Assembly (NCBI GenBank): GCA_973895155.1
Contig: OZ316894.1
Span: 3,496,944-3,560,943, forward strand
Direction: 5' to 3'
Source of the DNA: Marsupella aquatica
Lineage: Eukaryota > Plantae > Marchantiophyta
DNA length: 64,000 bases
Position numbers and translations under genes: made by a program. How positions within the stretch are numbered: the first letter of the stretch is position 1; the number at the start of each line of letters is the position of its first letter. Below, piece by piece: positions 1 through 12,660 of this stretch. The notes under the pieces are model-generated. The model was not told the DNA's origin, did no database searches, and was given only the letters and a program-made list of their open reading frames with translations.

Positions 1-827
1 AACCAAATGGAAAAGAAGTGAGCGAAAGGAAACCTCTAAGAACCAAGAAAGGGGAAGTTCAACTAAAACAACCGCAAATGTTGTGAGAGTCTCCTTGACT
101 ACGCAATGGGTTCTCCGTGTTTGTTTGTCCATGATCTTCTTGAGACCATTTCCCCCTCTTCCTCCCCCCTTTCTTGGGCCCTTGGCCATTAGGACCCTGT
201 CTCCCTGTTTTGCCTTATTGCCTTTTTAGCAGTGTGATTAATATAGGTGAGAGCACAACTAACTTTGGAGGTGCTCTAAAACAAGCACGATTGCCAGCCC
301 CTCGCACAGAACTGGAAGTCCCAGCCTCCACCAGATCTGAACCCTGGTTACTCTACACGTCAGTCGAAGTTACAGTCTCATCCGGTCGCTTCATTCATTC
401 GGGATCTCCAACTGTACCGCCGCCGGTCAGCCAGTCAGATCAGATGCTCTGCGAGCTGTACAGTCCCGGTAATCTAGAGTACTGTGTACTTGGAGGCAGG
501 ACAGCAAGGGTGATGGCAGGTCCGGGTCTGCCACCTCACGAGGTTAACCATCTCCCGGTTGTCAAGTACTTCTTTATCGGTGTTTAGACGATCCTATCCA
601 ACGGTTTGTATGCATGCATGCGTTTATCGTCATGTCCTGTAATACCGTCCAAAATACACTACGTGTTTTTACAGTTGATTCTCCTAAGAACGTGTCTGGT
701 TTACTTCTGTTTTATTGTGTTTTACTTATCTCAGAAGTAAAGCACTCCTTCAAGACATACAAATAATTAGGTTCGGTATATATTAGTGTTAAATTGTATA
801 TGTCTTGGTGCAATAAATAATTAATTA

Positions 828-1204
828 CCTTTTTCCTAACCTATCCCTCAAACTGACGGGATCACCTAACTACTCCCCACAACTAAATTAATTGTCAAAT
901 GCACCCCCATTTCCGATGTGGAGTTAAGCTAATCTCAGGAGGTAACATGTTTGCTCTCTCACCTTCAAAAGAATTTGCAGCAAGCTCAACACTTGAATGC
1001 GATAACTGTCAGGCAATATAGGTGTCTACAAGAGAAGTTGGGCCTGGGAGGTAGTAGGACCTCAGTGGAAGGTCAACCTTGGGTTACCTCCTGAGGTTAG
1101 CGTAACCTCATATACAAAAAGGGGGAGCACTTGACAATTAATTTAGTTATGGGGAGTAGTTAGTAAATCGGGTCAGTTTGAGGGACAGGTTAGTCAAAAA
1201 CTGG
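828..1204. mobile_element. Mutator-like (foldback) MITE with ~120-bp TIRs and 9-bp TSD AATTAATTA
   Basis: 828-947 is an imperfect inverted repeat of 1083-1204 (CTAACTACTCCCCACAACTAAATTAATTGTCAA vs TTGACAATTAATTTAGTTATGGGGAGTAGTTAG). The TSD lies at 819-827 and 1205-1213. The paralogous site at ~16760-16775 is empty. Confidence 0.85.
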
Positions 1205-3964
1205 AATTAATTATTAGATTTTTGGGCCCATTATTAAAATATTCTGGGGTGTATGTGAAATCAATCCAGAAAAATTGTAGATTCTAAGGGTATCGAGCTT
1301 CCGGATATAAACACTGATGTTTACGGACATCCATGTTACGTTGGGCGGACATGGGTTAAAAATGTGCGGCAGTCCCTCTAGATGGCCTGCACAGCCTTGC
1401 AGTGGGATTTCCCGTCTGCCATTTTTATTGGAGCAGTCACCTAGGGAAATTTTTGAAATCACGGCAAGCATGCAGAAGAGCGTTAGTCCAAAACCCAAAC
1501 TTGCATACTGTTACACAGGTTACTGACAGCTTGAGACCAAGAATTCCATAGCTCAACACCATAGCACTATCTCCATGTTCACTACACTACAGGACATGCT
1601 TCCCACTTTCTCCACAATTCAAATTTCTCGACACACTTTCAAAATTTCTTCTCTTTATGAGAACCACTTTGGGCGCAGGCTGTTCCTTGGAATGTAATAA
1701 ATGACGTTCATACTGTTGCTGCCCGCAAGCATAAAGAAATGCACATTTCTTAAATAGTCACAAAAACCTGTTTGAACCCTACGTTTGGGTGGGGATTGTG
1801 TAAAAAGTAAAAAGCACAGGGATCACTCGCGAGTATCATACCCCCAACCTGGGCCTCCCCACTCGACTGGGCTACCACTCCACCAAGAGCCCGCTACACA
1901 TTCTCATGGCATGCGCTTGTGGTATTTATTTCCGCAAGCGGTTGGGGCAGCACTTTGCAAGCAATGGGTACAGAGAGCCATTAATAAATGGATGAGTTGC
2001 AGGCCTCTCAGTAAGGTCCTAAAAAAATTCAAGTCAGACACTGGTCAACAGCTATAAAAGACACCCGCAGGCTAGGTTGTGGGCTACAATGTCTGTGCCC
2101 CTAAAGTTATACCACAACCCTGTATTTGTGACGCCCTAATATTTCATGCAATTCATGCACTACCGGGAATAACAATCCATTACTATGGAAGACAGTGTTA
2201 GCTTAAGTTTACTTTAATTGTACTTTTGACAGTACAACAAAATGCTTCAGAAATATTTATAAACATGTTTATGTCCAATGTGGTTTCTCACACAACTTAC
2301 TATTATACAACTAGTTTGTCTTGAGGAATCTCAATAAACTTCCCCTCTCAAATGCAGTGTGCATTTAAGCAAGAAATGACTGCACAAAGAAAATGACACA
2401 AGGGCTTAGTAATATATCCCAGACAGGGCATTATGGCAAGGACAAGATAGTGTGGGTTAGCTTAGTTTTAAAGTTTTTTCCAATTCTAAGTGTCCAATGT
2501 CACCTGCTATGCAGTACAAGATTCTAAGAATATTCATTCTCTAATTCATAAGAGTGATTTCTAATGTTTGGATCTCCCTCACAATGTTCTTACAACCAGA
2601 ATGCATGGTAGGCTTACATTACTGTATATACAAGAGTATTTAAGTGTATGTTTCCCGGGGAGCGACCAGACCTATATAAGTACCCAACTCGATTGGCGTG
2701 AGGCTTCCCGGCGCTGGGGAGGTTGTTGAAGCACACAGAGACAACTTCTATATGGCAGAGCACTCTCTCCGCCAAAGCCACGGCCAGCAAACAGAACAGG
2801 CCAGGAACAAATGCAATTTGACCCTGTCTCCTGCTTGTCCTTGTGCATTTACCTTTTACACCTTTCTTTTGATGGTGATAGTGATCACCCCTACCCGAGA
2901 CCCTACCCTTTCTATCATGGGTCTCCTTGCTATTGTGTGCCTCACATGTGGGGCAAGGGGATTGAAGAATTCCATTGTTAGGATTACTTATTGGACTCAT
3001 GCCATGTGTGCTCACAGGTTGCTGACTCTGATTCACTCCCGGCCCAAGGATTTTAAGTAGTGACCTTGGGGCTTGACCGGGTGGACAGCCAGGATGCTAC
3101 TATGACATAACCGCCTCAACATCAGTTTTCATGCAAGATGTTTTTCCCAGAAAAAGTTATTCAACTTTACGTTATGGGTACAAATTATTGAGCTAGCAAC
3201 AATTGGCCAAAAGTAATCAACAATTTTTAGTGAGGTGGAATTTGGCCAGTTTTCACCCCTAAAGAAATAGGTGGTTGCACCCTCCCTCCTGCCTCCTGCG
3301 TGATTCAGGACAAATGCCCTTTGCTTCAGGAGTGGTGGAGTCTTGTATAGTCACCTCTCAATAAGACATAATCTATGAGTGCACATCCAGGCTGTTTGCA
3401 AGGTGTCAAGTTTATTCCCTTCCTTTTCCTGACCCTTTTGCACTTTTGTAAGTGCAAAAGGGGGATGCACCAAACAACAAAATTTTAAGTTCAAGCCCTC
3501 TAAAAGTATTTCTAAGGTGAACCTTCAATAAGTGTATCATAAATATCATAAAATTGCACCTAAGAGGTAGTTGCTCACATTTTGGGCAGGGATGTTCAAG
3601 TTAGGAGAAAGACACAAGGATGTCGACTCTGAGGGCCCATCGGACATCAAGACCATGTTTCTCATGATGGTTATTGTGGGTGCTCTGTAGCATTTGTGAT
3701 GTACATGCATGTGACCTGTTCAGATGCCTGGTGTTGTTTGATTCACTTTGTGGAGCTTATTTGCTATGGCCAACACACCCGGGCAACATTCTCTGTATGA
3801 TACCTTGATTATTGCACATCATTCAAAAGAGAATTAAACCACACACTCTTATCAACAAATACAAATTCCAAGGTTTTACATTTATGCCGTAGTGCAAACT
3901 CTTGTGAAATGCACACCAGATGCTTCTTCCAGGGATTGTGCACCATCTGGACACTCTTATTAAT

Positions 3965-4238
3965 AGGGGGTCTCAAATATGATTTGCGGGCACTCTCATG
4001 ACAGTTCCGGGTGAGGTTTGGACCGATATTTACGGCTGAAAAATGTGTAGGGGGCCCAGAGCGTAGCCCAGACATTTGTCTTGGGACTTTTACCTTTGGC
4101 CACTTCCTCTCACCACTCCTGGTTGTTACAGAAACCAATATAAACAAACTCAGAAAGTCTGGTCACTGTTCAAACGCCACGTTATGGGCAATGGCCTATG
4201 GGCAGACAAGAGAAATGGATCCATATTTGAGACCCCCT
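3965..4238. mobile_element. Tourist/PIF-Harbinger-like MITE, TIR AGGGGGTCTCAAATATG, 3-bp TSD AAT
   Basis: The ends read AAT|AGGGGGTCTCAAATATG...CATATTTGAGACCCCCT|AAT. Removing the element restores CTCTTATTAATAATTGCAAG, which resembles uninterrupted copies at ~3846 and ~23177. Confidence 0.85.
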
Positions 4239-4503
4239 AATAATTGCAAGTTTCAAGCTTTTTACATTTATGCTGCAGTGCAAACTCTAGTTAAATGAGC
4301 ACCGGATGCTTTGAATCTTCCAAGGAGCGTGCACCAGCATTTTTTTTAGTGGTGAATGTTGCTTTAGACGGAGGGGAGGGAGGGGACAGCCCACCCACAT
4401 GCTTTTTCCAGGAGTAGCTCTCATTATACATTCAGTTTCACTAGGAATGAGCTTGGGCTCCACCTTTTATGGTGAGTGCCCCACTTTCTATGGTAAATAT
4501 ACA

Positions 4504-4666
4504 AGGGGTCTCGAACATTGTGGTCCACAAAAATAAACCTGGCCGGAAAGTACCAGTTCCTCCGGTCACGAGTGTGCGGACAAGCTTTTTTTCATGTCCA
4601 CCACCTCTTTTCCGGGAATTGCAGTTGACAGTGGCTGGAAGCAGCAGAGAGATATTTGAGAGGCCT
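4504..4666. mobile_element. Degenerate MITE of the same TIR family
   Basis: The ends read AGGGGTCTCGAACAT ... ATATTTGAGAGGCCT|AAT. The left TSD is not conserved. Confidence 0.45.
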
Positions 4667-5850
4667 AATAGTAGGACAAGAATGAGCATCAGCTAGGAAG
4701 GGAATGAGTCTTTTATATGGGCAGGTGTGCCAACCCTACAGCACTCTGCCCCTATAAAAGTCTCATTCCATGCCTCACTACTCACCATAAAAAGTGGAGC
4801 ACTCAGCACCTTTTGTGTAATTCAAGCCCCATTCCTATTAAAATTGAACTTGTGCAGTGTATAATGAGAACTATCGGTAACCGGTACCCCTTTATAGGTA
4901 TAGGTATGGTGCACTGTATAATGAGAACTATTGGTAACCCGTACCCCTTTATAAGTATAGGTAAGGTGCACTTGCGTACAAACCCATTCCAATTAAAATT
5001 GGACCTTGTGCAGTGGTTTAGTGAGGGCTACGGGTAACCCGTAGCCCTCTAACGTAGCCCTAGAGGTGTTGTGGTTTACGCACACGGGATGCTTCTTCCA
5101 AGGAGTGTACCAACATTTTGTTTCGTGAATTCGTGGTGACAATTTACCAGCATTTTGTTTAGTGGTGATAATTGTCAGATGGAGGGGACGGCGCAGCTAT
5201 GCGTGTCCCCACCCGTCTCTTGTCCTGTCCTGCCTGTCTGGCTCTACGATGTACTCTGTTGTGGTGAGTGCTGCTGCTGCTGTTGGTGCTGTGGGAGGCA
5301 GGCAGGAGCGAGAGGCAGGAGCGAGAGGCAGGGGTTGGTTGTGAAATTGTGTTGTGTTGTGTTGTGTAGTGAGGGATGACGAAAGGAGGAAGGAATCGAA
5401 GGTCGAATGGCTTGGATCGGCTCGTTCGCTGGCCTGGTTACTGGAGAGAGAGAGGAGAGAGGGCGAAGAATCCAACGAACGCTTTATTAGTGAAGCGAAA
5501 TCAGAGATATTTCACTTCGGAAAAGTTTGGAGGAGGAAAGGAGGATTGGTCGAAGACCGTGGCCTGTCTTGATCGCTCGCTTGCTTGCTTGCTTCCTACT
5601 TGTGAGTGAGGGTAGTGGATGAAGGATACGGGGGACTGTTTGCTTGAACGCGATTCTCACTACTGGAGCGAAGTTGACACTGGGTCTATGTGCTTGTGTT
5701 GATTGTGAAGCTGGATGGAGTGCGACGGGGTAGGGGGTGCAGTAATTAGGTGTGCGAAGGAGAAGTCACTCAATCAATCGGCGATGCACAGATAGCAGCG
5801 GGTCAGTGGGAGAACTGCAGTCCGGGGTTTGGTAAAGGAAGGCGTTTTCC

Positions 5851-8800
5851 ATGGATTGGTGGGGGTTCAAGAGATTCGTTTGTCTCTTTGCTCTACATGC
5901 GCTTCTCTTGATCCATTGTACCCGACCGGCCGGTAAGTCTCAAGAGACGTGCACGTAGCGGCAATTCTGTTGCCAAAGAGCTGAATGTCTTTGTACTGTA
6001 TTTCTGGTAAACTTGCCTCCTTTGAATGGCTCATATATTTATGGGATTCATTTATGGGCCTTTGCTATCATTCTCTCGTTACAGCTGCAAATATTCGTGT
6101 TTCCCAGAGCAGTCAATATACAGCCGAGGAGCCCTTAACTCAACCTCCAGAAATCGGATGGACGAATTCTCTTCCGTCACCTATTTGGTTTCTTCTGACC
6201 GTCATTGGATAGCGCTGTTATCGTGGCTCAATCCTGAGGGCATCCGGGCACATCGGGGCTAATATCTATTGAGCTCAGTTGACGGTGCGTTTGTAACAAT
6301 ACCTCTATCTCTGCTCAAAGACAGCGGAATACTCAAGCACACAAGATAGTTCATTCAGAATTCTTAAGGACCACATAATTTTTGAACCCGGACTCAAACT
6401 CTAGGATCCGGGATTGGTATCTTACTCAGAGAACTCATCTTTCGAAGCCAACGCAAAATCTCAGCCTTAGGACTGAGAGAACACTCGCCGCGTCGTGAAT
6501 GGATATATAAGGAGAATCCAAAAAACATTTCAAGGTCACCGATACTCAAGTACTAGCAATAGTCAAGGCTGTTACTCATTATAACGGATTCGATCGAAGG
6601 TTCATCTGGATCTCAAAACCATCTTAGACACGGGATCTTTTTCCCAGGGAGGTGTCTCCTCAGTGACGGTGGGAAGTCCACGGAATGGATTCCGACCGTA
6701 TTCTAATGGAGCACTAGCGAGTTATAAGAACAAAGCGTAAACCTCTTGCAAACCCCTGTACAGTTCCTCCGAATGCTCATGAGCTTCAGTACATTTGTTG
6801 TTGTCTGGGTAAATGGTAATCTTCATGACTTAGTTTACGCGCCTCCCGAATTCTCAGTGTGGTTTGGTGGATGCTTGGTTGATGTGCAGATGCCACTGTT
6901 GGAGTGGTTTACGGAAGCCAAGGAGACAACCTTCCTCTTCCCTCGCAAGTACTGTCGCTGCTAACGAACAATTTTGTCACCCAAGTGAGGATCTACGATA
7001 CAAGCGCGGACATTCTGAAGGCATTCGTTGGGTCCAGCATAGAAGTGACTGTGGGTGTCACGAACTCTGAACTCGCCACGGTTGGAGCATCCAAAGCCAG
7101 TGCAGATGCCTGGGTGACTACGAATGTCGTCCCCTTCGCCACCGCTGTGAACATCACCACCATTGCCGTTGGAGATGAGGTCTTGACGATGGACCCGGGC
7201 TTCTCCTCCAACCTCGCCCAGACCATGATCTGGATTCAGTCCGCTCTCATATCCCATGGCTTCGCCCAGGCCATCAAAGTCTCCACCCCTTTCAGCATGA
7301 ATTATCTGCAGAATTCTTTCCCCCCATCTAAGTCCACTTTCAACCAAACAATGCTCCCTTACATCGCCAGCATCCTCCAGTTCATCAACGATACAGGTTC
7401 CTACGTCATGATGAACATCGACACCTTCCAAGTCTTCCAGACCAATTCTGCAGCACTCAGTCTCCAGTATGCTCTCTTCCAAGCCGACAATCCCGTAGTG
7501 GATTCGTACTCCAATTTGGCTTACACAAGTCTGTTCGATGCGCTCTTGGACGCTGCCTATGCGGCCTTGAAAGCAGCCGGATTCGGCCAGGTGAGCATTG
7601 TAGTGAGTCAGACGGGCTGGCCTTCTAGTGGAGATTCAAATGAGAACGGTGCCAATGTGACCAATGCACAGACTTACAATTCCAACCTCGTTACTCACGT
7701 GACCAACGACTCCTCGCCTGGGACACCGGCTAATCCCCAGATTCCCATCACTGCGTATGTGTACGAGCTTTTCAACGAAGACTTACTGACGGGGCCGACC
7801 TCGAACCGGTATTATGGGCTGTTCCAGTTCAATCTGACCCCTACTTATAATGTGGATCTCACTGGGCGAGGGAGGTCGTTGACGTCTAACGGGACTCAGT
7901 ACGTGACGTGGTGTGTGGCGAATGGGGCTGCCACCCTACAGGCACTGCAATCGGCGCTGGATTGGGCATGTAGTCTTGGACAGGTGAACTGTGCGGCTAC
8001 CCAACTGGGTGGAGCATGTTATAACCCCAACACCCTCCCAAGCCACGCCTCTTGGGTTTTCAATGCGTACTACCAATCTGTTGGCAATGCTCCTGGTTCC
8101 TGTGACTTCAAGGGTGCTGGGCAGGTTGTCAGCTACAATCCAAGTAACTCTCTCTCACGCTTTCTCTTGCGCTCTCTTGATTCAATTCATTTATCTATGT
8201 AAATCGCTCATTCTCCCTGTGTCCCATGAAACGATCGATTCTCTCTCGGACCAGTGGCCTTCCAATCCACTTATTGAGAATTCTCCCTTTGGCTCTTCTC
8301 CCTGCCTGTGCCGTCCTCACTGCTAGTGTCCCATTACTTGATTGGATCTTGATGGCATTCAGAATTCAATTAATTAGCCGCTGTTCAGGTGGGTTTCTGC
8401 ATGCATCATTTTCTCGGTGTCCACTGTTTACCGGTAATTTTCAATCTGTATCTGTTCTAGCCCTTCTGCCATTTTTACCGTCTATCGCCCACTGGGCTTT
8501 CATTTCTTCTTTTCTTCCCCTACTCCAATCACACTGTCACGAGAAGCCTACGAAATCTGAAATGATTATGGTCAAGGGGTATGAATGGAGTGGCATTTCT
8601 ACGTGCGTGGTTTCTGATTGGAAACATCAATAGACCCGGCAAATTTAAATTTTGCCCATTTTTATTCACATTCGATTTTGACTGCTAGTTCCACTTGTCT
8701 CCCCCATCCCCACTTCCTTTTCTCGTCTTCCGAGGTGTTTCTCCTCAATCAGCCTTATTTAACAAGTGAATTGCATTCTTGACACCCTAGGCTCAAACAA

Positions 8801-9321
8801 TGGTTGAATGATGCCTGATCGAAGTCAATTCATTCTCAGGCATCATTCAAGCTGGGGTTGCAGTTGTCTAACATGTGAACGATGTACTGAGTTTTAATTT
8901 TGTAATTTTCCTTTTGTGGCGATCTGCAGGCTATGGGTCCTGTATCTTTCAAGCAAGGTAATCTTTCTAAGCTTTGGCGACTTGCCCCCTTAACATTTTG
9001 TCTTCCATATGGATGCTGCTATTGTTGAACGAATAAAAGTTTTGATTGCTTCACTATTGGATGACTCACTGGCGAGCATGTATTTTATGTCCCTTTTGGA
9101 TCTCTAGCATCGTTTTGTATAGAAGACCTTGCAAGATCGCCGTTTTGATATTCCTTTCTTTCTCGGTGTACTACAGCAATGTGACGACCACTACTGGCGG
9201 GAATTCACCTCCAACTAGCCCAAACTCTGCTAAATCACTGCAGCTCGAGACTGGAGTGTTAGGTGGCTGCTTGTTGTTTCTTTTCATGTTAACCTTCAGA
9301 AACCTACGTGACCTGCGTTAG
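5851..9321 (+). CDS. GH17 beta-1,3-glucanase-like protein with X8/CBM43 domain and C-terminal GPI signal (~502 aa); exons 5851-5932, 6890-8143, 8930-8957, 9177-9321
   Basis: Exon 1 encodes a signal peptide (MDWWGFKRFVCLFALHALLLIHCTRPA) and ends at G|GTAAGT. The GH17 motifs VGVVYG..GDNLP, VRIYD, IKVSTP, TGWPS and YELFNED follow. The X8 motif reads WCVA..LQSALDWAC..C.....G.CY.PNT..HASWVFN.YYQ....CDF.G and the tail is hydrophobic. Exon lengths sum to 1509 nt. Confidence 0.93.
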
Positions 9322-9870
9322 AGTGCAGTGCAATCCAGATAGGCAGACAAGCCCTGAGAAGACGGACATTGATGTATAATGATAAGGTCTCACACAGATT
9401 GTCTCAGCTCTGGTAATTTTGATTCTTTCCATTCTTTTTCTACGGCTATGAATTCCTCCCGCTGCTACGGAATAAATAAATATTCGCAGTCCACCCCTAA
9501 ATGATGATTGCAACTCTGCTCCAGTCAATAATACTTGACCTTCGTTTTGCTTCTCCATCTGTTTTTTTTTGTGCGTCTGAGAGAGTGCTATGTCAATTAA
9601 AATGATTGTGCAAGCTGCAATGAGAGATGATATCCTCCCCCTCCTTATCCAGTAGGTAGGATGTCCACCCCATGATTTCAGAGAAGATTTTATCGTCAAA
9701 TATGGGCCCACGTTCTCTCTTTTGTCAATTTCACCAATTTGGTCAGCATATGAGTAGCGGGTGTAATTCAACCCACAAGTTCTTGTTTAGAGTCGATACA
9801 TCACATTTATATTAGAGAAATGCTACCAAAACTATTGCTGCACGTGGCCTAAAGTTTAACTGATTGAATG

Positions 9871-10412
9871 CCAGAGTTCTTCATCCACGAATTCCTCCCA
9901 GTGGCCGAGAAGATGATTGGTACGGATTGACTGAGAGCTACAGTCCAGCGAGGATACTTACCTAAGGGAGGAGGAGGGGTCGTCCTCGAGGTGACACCCC
10001 TCCCATCAGTAAAGTCCCTTAACCCTAAACCCTAAACTAAATTGGGCACCCTGAGCAGAATTGGGGCCTATATTTTGTGGGGGGAAGCCACGTTGCCTGG
10101 GACATGCACAAGCAAGTGGTCCAGGATCTCCAGCTCGCAGGAAGTGTGGGCAGGGAGAGATTTCGTCAGGTGGAGAGGGAACTGAGAGTGGGTTTCGAAG
10201 TGGCTACTGGGCAGGCAGTGGATTGGTGATTTGGGCCAAGACAGACACGGGATGTGTACTAGCAGGCACAGGATTGCTAGAAGGGAAAAAGGAGGCGACT
10301 TGGATCCTCCTTGAGAACCTGTCAAGTGCCGCCGTGTGTGTGGATGAGTTCCTCCAGGATCAGCTCATCATCTTCATGGCACTTGCCAAGGGGCGTTCGA
10401 GAATTCTCTCCG
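9871..10412 (+). pseudogene. RNA 3'-terminal phosphate cyclase (RtcA-type) pseudogene fragment, apparently intronless
   Basis: Collinear RtcA-like peptides lie in shifting frames: EFLPVAEKMIG, QRGYLPKGGGGVVLEVTP, GSGLVIWAKTDTGCVLAG and CVDEFLQDQLIIFMALAKGRSRI. There are in-frame stops and frameshifts, and no N- or C-terminus. Confidence 0.8.
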
Positions 10413-10529
10413 GGCTTACTTTTCACTTTGCCAAAAACAGCATCAAAACGAAACTATTCATTTTACATAACGTGAAAGTCATCTTGTAAACCAAAATTTC
10501 GAGCTAACCAAGCAACTAAGATCTGAGCT

Positions 10530-12043
10530 AAATGGAATTCTCCACAAGATCAGTCTCATCAATTGGGTCATCTGTGAACATTATCCGCACGTGGTAATTG
10601 GGACATTGTAATTCGGCGCTTTAATTTTAAAAACCGTATAAAGACTCGATTCTGCTTTTGCATTGAACACGAGCACATGCTGAGTCAAATTACAATGTGA
10701 TGCAATCTTCCAGACTCACTAACAAGGAAGAGAGACAACTGCTGCTGACCTGTTCGAAGGAAGGGACTGCATCTCTCGCAGGCTTCTTGTTGAAAGAAAT
10801 TATAGCGTTGGCCTGCATCATTGATTAGAGAGAACTAAGCATCATCGCAAAGGTGCAGCACTCGACGTATTGAACTTGACTGCATCTCAGACGTATGACA
10901 TATCAAATTACCTTTGGCAGCTGGCCATGGATCTCTGCGCAGAGACTGTCTATGAGCACTTGCATGAGACGTCCACTATATTCGTTCCGTATCTTTGATT
11001 AACTATGTAATTCCCCAGAGCCTAAGCTAGTAGATGGAAGGATTGCTAGTCTTTGCCAAAGTTTTGAAAAGACAGTGAATAACAGTTCGATCTAGCTTGG
11101 TGAAGCTCACAAAATTGGCAACAGATATATCACAAACCTGTGTCCCGAACTGAATACTGGGAGCTGTGAAAGGTCATCAGGCATCAGGCCCAGTGAGGGG
11201 ACCCCATAGTCGTATAAAATGCTCAGGGCGTCATTGAACTTCTTATAAATTGTCTGAGCTGACACTGCATGGTCAAGTGTAACATGATACGGAGTGGCCA
11301 CAGTTATAAAGCCTTCCTTAGCCAAGAGCTCGACAAAATGACTGAGTCATCCAGTGAAAAACCAAAGCAAGCAAACTTGTCAATCAGAACAATTCTCAGG
11401 TAGAATCTCAAATGAAGCATTTTAGAGAGGTTCTTTAGATTTCTCCCAAGAAGCCGAGTGAGATTTCTTAGAAACTTAGAAATGACTCCGTCAATAAATT
11501 CCTCGAAAGAAGACCAATATGGCCGTGGAAATGCAAGATCGGATTTAAAACCACAGCATCAGCAACTCTGGACAGTTTGTGCTCAAGAAACTCATTGATT
11601 ACCTCTAAAGAAGAGCAGGAGATGCGACGATGAAAGCCCCCCTAAAGATTTGGTAATGGCCTTGGGCTTCGTCGACCTTGGGGAGAGGGAAACACAAGGC
11701 ATTCGCCAACTCTCTGGTACCTTCCCTGCACTGGTGCTGCTGGTCCAAATGCTGCGCAAGGGGAAGCATAAGCAGCTGTGGCAAACCCTGAGCTGTTTTC
11801 CCGTCTTCCTCGATGGGAGAGCAGAGCAAGTTGTTGTCCAGATTTCCTGTGGAGAAACTCCTGCTGCCCAAAGAACTCAGATAACATAGGGGGCTTGCCT
11901 GCTTTCTGCCATTGAGTACACTGGCGGGTGGCGGATCTGCTGCTCGCTAACAGCGATGGCGCATCCTGCGGCTGCTGCTGCACCAAAGTGGCTGGTAGTT
12001 CCACTAAACGACCACAACAGAATTGGAGGAAAGACTGCGCCAT
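10530..12043 (-). pseudogene. DUF1350 (alpha/beta-hydrolase-like) pseudogene retaining introns
   Basis: Exon remnants read YQRVGECLVFP..KPKAITKSLGG/AFIVASP (two frameshifts plus a TAG, ~11605-11670), HFVELLAKEGFITVATPYHVTLDH..LPVFSSGH (~11140-11342), SGRLMQVLI..LPK (~10912-10975), ANAIISFNKKPARDAVPSFEQ (~10750-10812) and FTDDPIDETDLVE (~10540-10578). Middle and last exons are missing. Confidence 0.82.
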
Positions 12044-12223
12044 ATTTCCAATTGAATTTCTACCTTTACAGTCTTACTCTGCGCACAAACGCTCGATAGT
12101 TAAGATCGCAGCCGCACTCACACCGACCCATCTCACTCTTCCACCGAAATGCAGTTGGGTTCAATCGGTATTTCCTTAGACAGAGACAGATAGCAACGAC
12201 ATCCATTCATTCACCAAGAGAGG

Positions 12224-12306
12224 AAGTGAGTGAGTGACATAGGAAGTGAGTGAGTGAGTGACATAGGAAGTGAGTGAGTGAGTGAGTGATTGAGTGAGTG
12301 AGTGAG
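12224..12306. repeat. (GAGT)n microsatellite with duplicated GACATAGGAA spacer
   Basis: Read directly from the sequence. Confidence 0.9.
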
Positions 12307-12660
12307 CATACTATGTAGCTCGAATCCAACAGCTTCTTCGAGGGGAAATTCCAGTACAGTACATTGAATTTTGCTAAGAACGAGATGAAGCTCACCTGAG
12401 AGAGAAGCACGGAGAGAGGAACGCAACTGCGCCTTCATGAATTGCATACCTGCTAGAGTATCCAAGCGTGGGTTTAAGGTCACTCCCTAGACTCCATCGC
12501 TTGGTTCAACAGTTTCGGGTTTCATGGGTAACGCCATCTGAGAAGCAGAATACTCCCACTCGAGAGGCGAAACTGCGATCGAGTCCGGTCTGTTCTCACC
12601 ATGGGCCCTACCCCAATCAGCAGCCAGGCAACCATTCTTTTTGTCCCTGATAAGAAATTT

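Larger units (their letters stand above)
257..5773. repeat. Large composite dispersed repeat, copy 1
   Basis: Blocks are collinear with 16277-24842: 257-690~16277-16700, 1205-1320~16770-16880, 2135-2345~16965-17248, 2560-2800~21325-21930, 3065-3260~22345-22470, 3635-3915~22962-23250, 5190-5660~23735-24285 and 5685-5773~24750-24842. Coordinates are approximate. Confidence 0.8.

Noticed and set aside
10019-10040. Interstitial telomere repeat or telo-box AACCCTAAACCCTAAA
   Set aside because: There are only about two units, and they fall in register within the decayed RtcA coding sequence (KSLNPKP*TKLG), so the match is probably coincidental.
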